Of a DNA stretch of 64,000 bases, positions 60,650 through 64,000 are shown piece after piece. Each line of letters opens with the position of its first letter. The first letter of the stretch is position 1. Both the position numbers and the translations under genes were made by a program. The notes beneath the pieces were generated by a model. It was given only the letters and a program-made list of their open reading frames with translations, was not told the DNA's origin and made no database searches. Origin of the DNA: Nitrospinales bacterium (GTDB lineage Bacteria > Nitrospinota > Nitrospinia > Nitrospinales > VA-1); NCBI GenBank assembly GCA_965223345.1, contig CBDCWG010000012.1, positions 2,464,001 to 2,528,000 on the forward strand, read 5' to 3'.

Positions 60650-60675
60650 CTGTATTCCTTCCGAGGTGAAGTCCG

Positions 60676-63411
60676 TTGGATAATCCGGAAAAAGATCAAG
60701 AGACAAACAGCGATTACGTTCCTGTCGAGAAAGTATCTTTCAGCTTCGTGTTCTTTCTCGTGTCCGGCGCCACGCTCCTGGTGACGCTCTGGGCTTTCTG
60801 GGACGACGAATACACACGCCGGGGCTACAAGAAATACCAGGAAGAGTATTTCAAGGTGCAGTACGCGCGGTCCGAGGAAAAGTGGAAGGCGATCAACAGC
60901 GAAATCGCCGCCAAGGAACAGGAGATCAAGAATGCTCTGGATCAGGAGCAGGGGCGTCTCGAAGATTCCAAGGAATATCAGGACCTGGTTGAAAAAGTCC
61001 GTCTGGCCCAGGTGGCTTACGATGAAGTGAAGGAGGAGAAGAAATTCACCGGCAGTAGATTGGACGAGGCCTATTACTATTACAAAAAGGCGATGCACGA
61101 GGGGCAGAATTTCGACGTGCAGATCGCCAAGGTGAAGGCTCTGGAAAAAGAGCAGAAGTCCTGGGATCCGATCATCGCGGAAAAGAAGGCCATCCTCGAT
61201 GCGGCCGAGTCGGAACTGCTAACCTGGAAGTCCAAGCTGATGACCCTGGAGAAGGAACTGGCGACCCTGACTTCCAAACGCGCCCAGGAAGAAAGGACGA
61301 TGAAGTATTACAAGCCGTTTCCTTTCATCTGGCGTCCGGCCGAGATCAAGCAGACCGTCATCCCCGGATTCGGCATCAATAATTTTTCCGAGATCATCTA
61401 CAAGGTGGACAGGTGCATGACCTGTCACATTTCCTATGGAGACGAGCACTACCAGGATTTCGAGGAGCCGCTGAAGACGCATCCCAACCTGGATATCCTG
61501 ATCAAGAAACATCCACCGGAAAAAACCGGCTGTACCTGGTGTCATCTCGGTCAGGGCACCGCCACCGCGCCCGCCGAGCACGCGCACGGATCGCACCACG
61601 AAATGGATCAGACGCGTGAGATCAACGAGCCGATTTTGCACGGAAAATTCATGCAGGCCAACTGCCGCAACTGTCATGCGGAGGTGGTGAACCTCGACGG
61701 CGCTCCGGTTCTGTCCAAAGGCAAGCGGTTGTTCATCAAGCTGGGCTGCCACGGCTGCCACCTTGCGGACGGTTACGCCAAGGAGAAAAAAGTCGGACCG
61801 CGGCTGCTCAGGCTCGGCTCCAAGGTGAACCCCAGCTGGTTGTACCGATGGGTCAAGAATCCCAAGGAATACCTGCCCAACACGCGCATGCCCGATTTTG
61901 AACTCAACGATAAGGATGCGCTCGCGGTCACTGCCTACCTGATGGCCGCCTCCGATAAAGACTACAAAGTTCCCGAGACCTTCAAATCCGGTGATGCGGA
62001 TAAAGGCAAAAAACTGTTCGAGAGTGTCGGCTGTCAGGCCTGCCATGTGCTCAAGGGCAAGGGCGAGGTCTTCGGTCCGGACCTGAGCCGCATCGCCAAC
62101 AAGGTCGGCGCTGACTGGCTGGTGAGCTGGATCAGCAATCCACGGCATTACAACGACCAGAGCCGCATGCCGGATCTGCGTCTGTCGGTGGACGACGCGT
62201 CCCACATCACCGCCTATCTGTTGCAGTTCGGCAAGCCCAAGAAGATCGCCGGCATCGAAGAGCGTCTCTCGCATCCCAAGATCATCGAATACGGTGAAAA
62301 AGTGGTGCGGCGGCGCGGCTGTTTCGCCTGTCACGATATCAAGGGCATGGAAAATGAGGGCCGGATCGCTCCGGAGCTGTCGGCTTTCGGACGGAAGCTG
62401 ATCAGTGAGCTGGAATTCGGCGACGCTCACATCCCGCATACCTGGGAGTCCTGGGTGCGCACCAAGCTGGCGAATCCGACGGCGTTCCGGACGGAACGGG
62501 TTCTCGACAAGATGCCCAACTTCCACCTGAAGCCCGATGAAATCGACGCGCTGGTGGTGCTTTTGAAAGGGTTCAACGGCACCAAGATTCCGGCGAAGTA
62601 CCGCAAGATCCTCTCTGAGAAAGAGCAGACCATCGAGACCGGCCGCCGCCTGATCGAGCGTTACAACTGCAAAGGCTGCCACCATGTGGAGGGAGAAGGC
62701 GGACGCATTCAAAAGTACATCAAGGCGAAAGCGGAATACCCGCCGCCGCTCGAGCACGGCTCCTACCATGTGGGCGAGCGGATCAAGGGGTCCTGGCTGT
62801 TCTCGTTCCTGAAAGAGCCGACGCCGGTGCGGACGTGGGTCAAGGTGCGCATGCCCAGTTTCAACATGACCGACAAGGAAATTCGCGATCTCACGGCTTA
62901 TTTCGAAGCGATGGCGCCGCTGGATAATAAATACGAAGCGGGGCTGAATAAAGCAAAACCGAAAGAGGTCGTGCAGACGGGCGTCGGCATCGTCAACTAC
63001 ATGGACTGCGGCAACTGCCACGACGACGGCGCCAAGGGAATCGACTTTTCCATCGCCTCCAAACGCCTGCGGCAGGACTGGATCGGCAAATGGCTGAAAG
63101 ACACGCGGGAGATGATCCCGTGGACCAAGATGCCTTCCCACTGGGAAAAAGAGGGCGACAAATATGTGGTGAAAAGAAAATATAAAAAGCTCAAGGAAGT
63201 GGGAGACGTCGATGAGCAGGTCGATATCATCCGGGACTTCATCGTCGCCTACAACACCGCCGATGTCGATTTCTCACTGGTCCTGGGTGAAGAGCCTGCC
63301 GCTGAAGAAGACGAGGGAGGCGATGAAGACGCCGCCGAAGAAGAGGATGAAGAAGGCGGAGATGAGGAAGAAGAAGAGGAAGATATGGGCGATGAGGATC
63401 TGTTCGAGTGA
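60676..63411 (+). CDS. Membrane-anchored octaheme cytochrome c
   Basis: Eight CxxCH motifs (CMTCH, CTWCH, CRNCH, CHGCH, CQACH, CFACH, CKGCH, CGNCH), N-terminal TM plus coiled coil, acidic tail. Confidence 0.93.
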   Translation: MDNPEKDQETNSDYVPVEKVSFSFVFFLVSGATLLVTLWAFWDDEYTRRGYKKYQEEYFKVQYARSEEKWKAINSEIAAKEQEIKNALDQEQGRLEDSKEYQDLVEKVRLAQVAYDEVKEEKKFTGSRLDEAYYYYKKAMHEGQNFDVQIAKVKALEKEQKSWDPIIAEKKAILDAAESELLTWKSKLMTLEKELATLTSKRAQEERTMKYYKPFPFIWRPAEIKQTVIPGFGINNFSEIIYKVDRCMTCHISYGDEHYQDFEEPLKTHPNLDILIKKHPPEKTGCTWCHLGQGTATAPAEHAHGSHHEMDQTREINEPILHGKFMQANCRNCHAEVVNLDGAPVLSKGKRLFIKLGCHGCHLADGYAKEKKVGPRLLRLGSKVNPSWLYRWVKNPKEYLPNTRMPDFELNDKDALAVTAYLMAASDKDYKVPETFKSGDADKGKKLFESVGCQACHVLKGKGEVFGPDLSRIANKVGADWLVSWISNPRHYNDQSRMPDLRLSVDDASHITAYLLQFGKPKKIAGIEERLSHPKIIEYGEKVVRRRGCFACHDIKGMENEGRIAPELSAFGRKLISELEFGDAHIPHTWESWVRTKLANPTAFRTERVLDKMPNFHLKPDEIDALVVLLKGFNGTKIPAKYRKILSEKEQTIETGRRLIERYNCKGCHHVEGEGGRIQKYIKAKAEYPPPLEHGSYHVGERIKGSWLFSFLKEPTPVRTWVKVRMPSFNMTDKEIRDLTAYFEAMAPLDNKYEAGLNKAKPKEVVQTGVGIVNYMDCGNCHDDGAKGIDFSIASKRLRQDWIGKWLKDTREMIPWTKMPSHWEKEGDKYVVKRKYKKLKEVGDVDEQVDIIRDFIVAYNTADVDFSLVLGEEPAAEEDEGGDEDAAEEEDEEGGDEEEEEEDMGDEDLFE

Positions 63412-63500
63412 TTCGCCCGCGAGTGAAACAGGGCTTGAAACCGCAGGGTTTCTCGCGTATCAATGATTTGATCCATCTTTAACTGCAAGCACTTGGAACC

Positions 63501-63683
63501 ATGGAAAACACAGGACTCGAAAATTTTCTTTTGATTGCGACCAAACCCGATAACATTCCCATCGGAACCATGCTGATCTTCGTCGGCTGGGTGTTCTGGG
63601 TTGCCGTGAAGCAGATGATCGTGCACGACAAGCACATCAAGGAAGGCAAAAAAGAAAAAATCTGGGATGAAATGATCAAGTAA
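63501..63683 (+). CDS. Small single-TM protein, possible accessory subunit
   Basis: KPDNIPI followed by a TM helix; co-oriented with the operon. Confidence 0.65.
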   Translation: MENTGLENFLLIATKPDNIPIGTMLIFVGWVFWVAVKQMIVHDKHIKEGKKEKIWDEMIK

Positions 63684-64000
63684 GTGACCCTATTCATAAT
63701 CACATTTGTGGCTTTCATCGTCGGCGTCGTCCTGATCGCCCTGCTGAAAAACACTTCCCCGCCTCCGCCGCAAGAACAGATTCATTTCGACAATCCCGAC
63801 GACAAGCCCGATTACCTGATCGAACCCGAGGCGTTCAAGGAGAAATGCCTGGAGTTTCTCAAGAAGTTCAATCTGGAGTACAAGCACTCCGTCTGGGCCA
63901 CGGACAACGAGCTTGAGATCATCATGGATGACGAAACCCCCGTCATCGGCGGCACGTACCTCGCGCTCTGCATCATCGACCCCCCCAACAACACCGTTGA
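63684..64000 (+). CDS. Hypothetical membrane-anchored protein, truncated by window end
   Basis: GTG directly after the upstream stop; open frame VTLFIITFVAFIVGVVLIALL..PPPPQEQ to the end of the window. Confidence 0.6.
   Translation, partial: MTLFIITFVAFIVGVVLIALLKNTSPPPPQEQIHFDNPDDKPDYLIEPEAFKEKCLEFLKKFNLEYKHSVWATDNELEIIMDDETPVIGGTYLALCIIDPPNNTV

Overview
A GC-rich bacterial chromosomal segment. The gene set (split b6-type cytochrome b with an octaheme cytochrome c, USP-PCP_red fusion, SmbP-like protein) suggests a nitrite oxidiser such as Nitrospina; this is inference only. Core genes include a class II aldolase, ahcY, mfd, two SurA-like PPIases, tilS-ftsH-folP-pdxJ, gap-tpiA-secG-tRNA-Leu, aguBA, flgB/fliE beside a sigma54 activator, and a Rieske/cytochrome b operon. 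Small accessory patches lie between them. The main leads are: (1) a duplicated sigma70 promoter plus conserved structured leader in front of two unrelated genes (38.5-39.8 kb), a candidate new cis-regulatory RNA; (2) a three-gene, largely AT-rich cassette bracketed by ~170-200 bp imperfect inverted repeats (26.2-27.9 kb); (3) a putative metal-handling operon led by a Cys-rich leader protein, whose barrel gene carries an in-frame TAA; (4) oleA-oleB without adjacent oleC/oleD; (5) a double Kelch-propeller/collagen surface protein; (6) a lipoamide-dehydrogenase-like flavoprotein lacking its redox cysteines, next to the Rieske operon. No CRISPR array, integrase, transposase or reverse transcriptase was seen. 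All family calls come from motif recognition by eye, not database searches.
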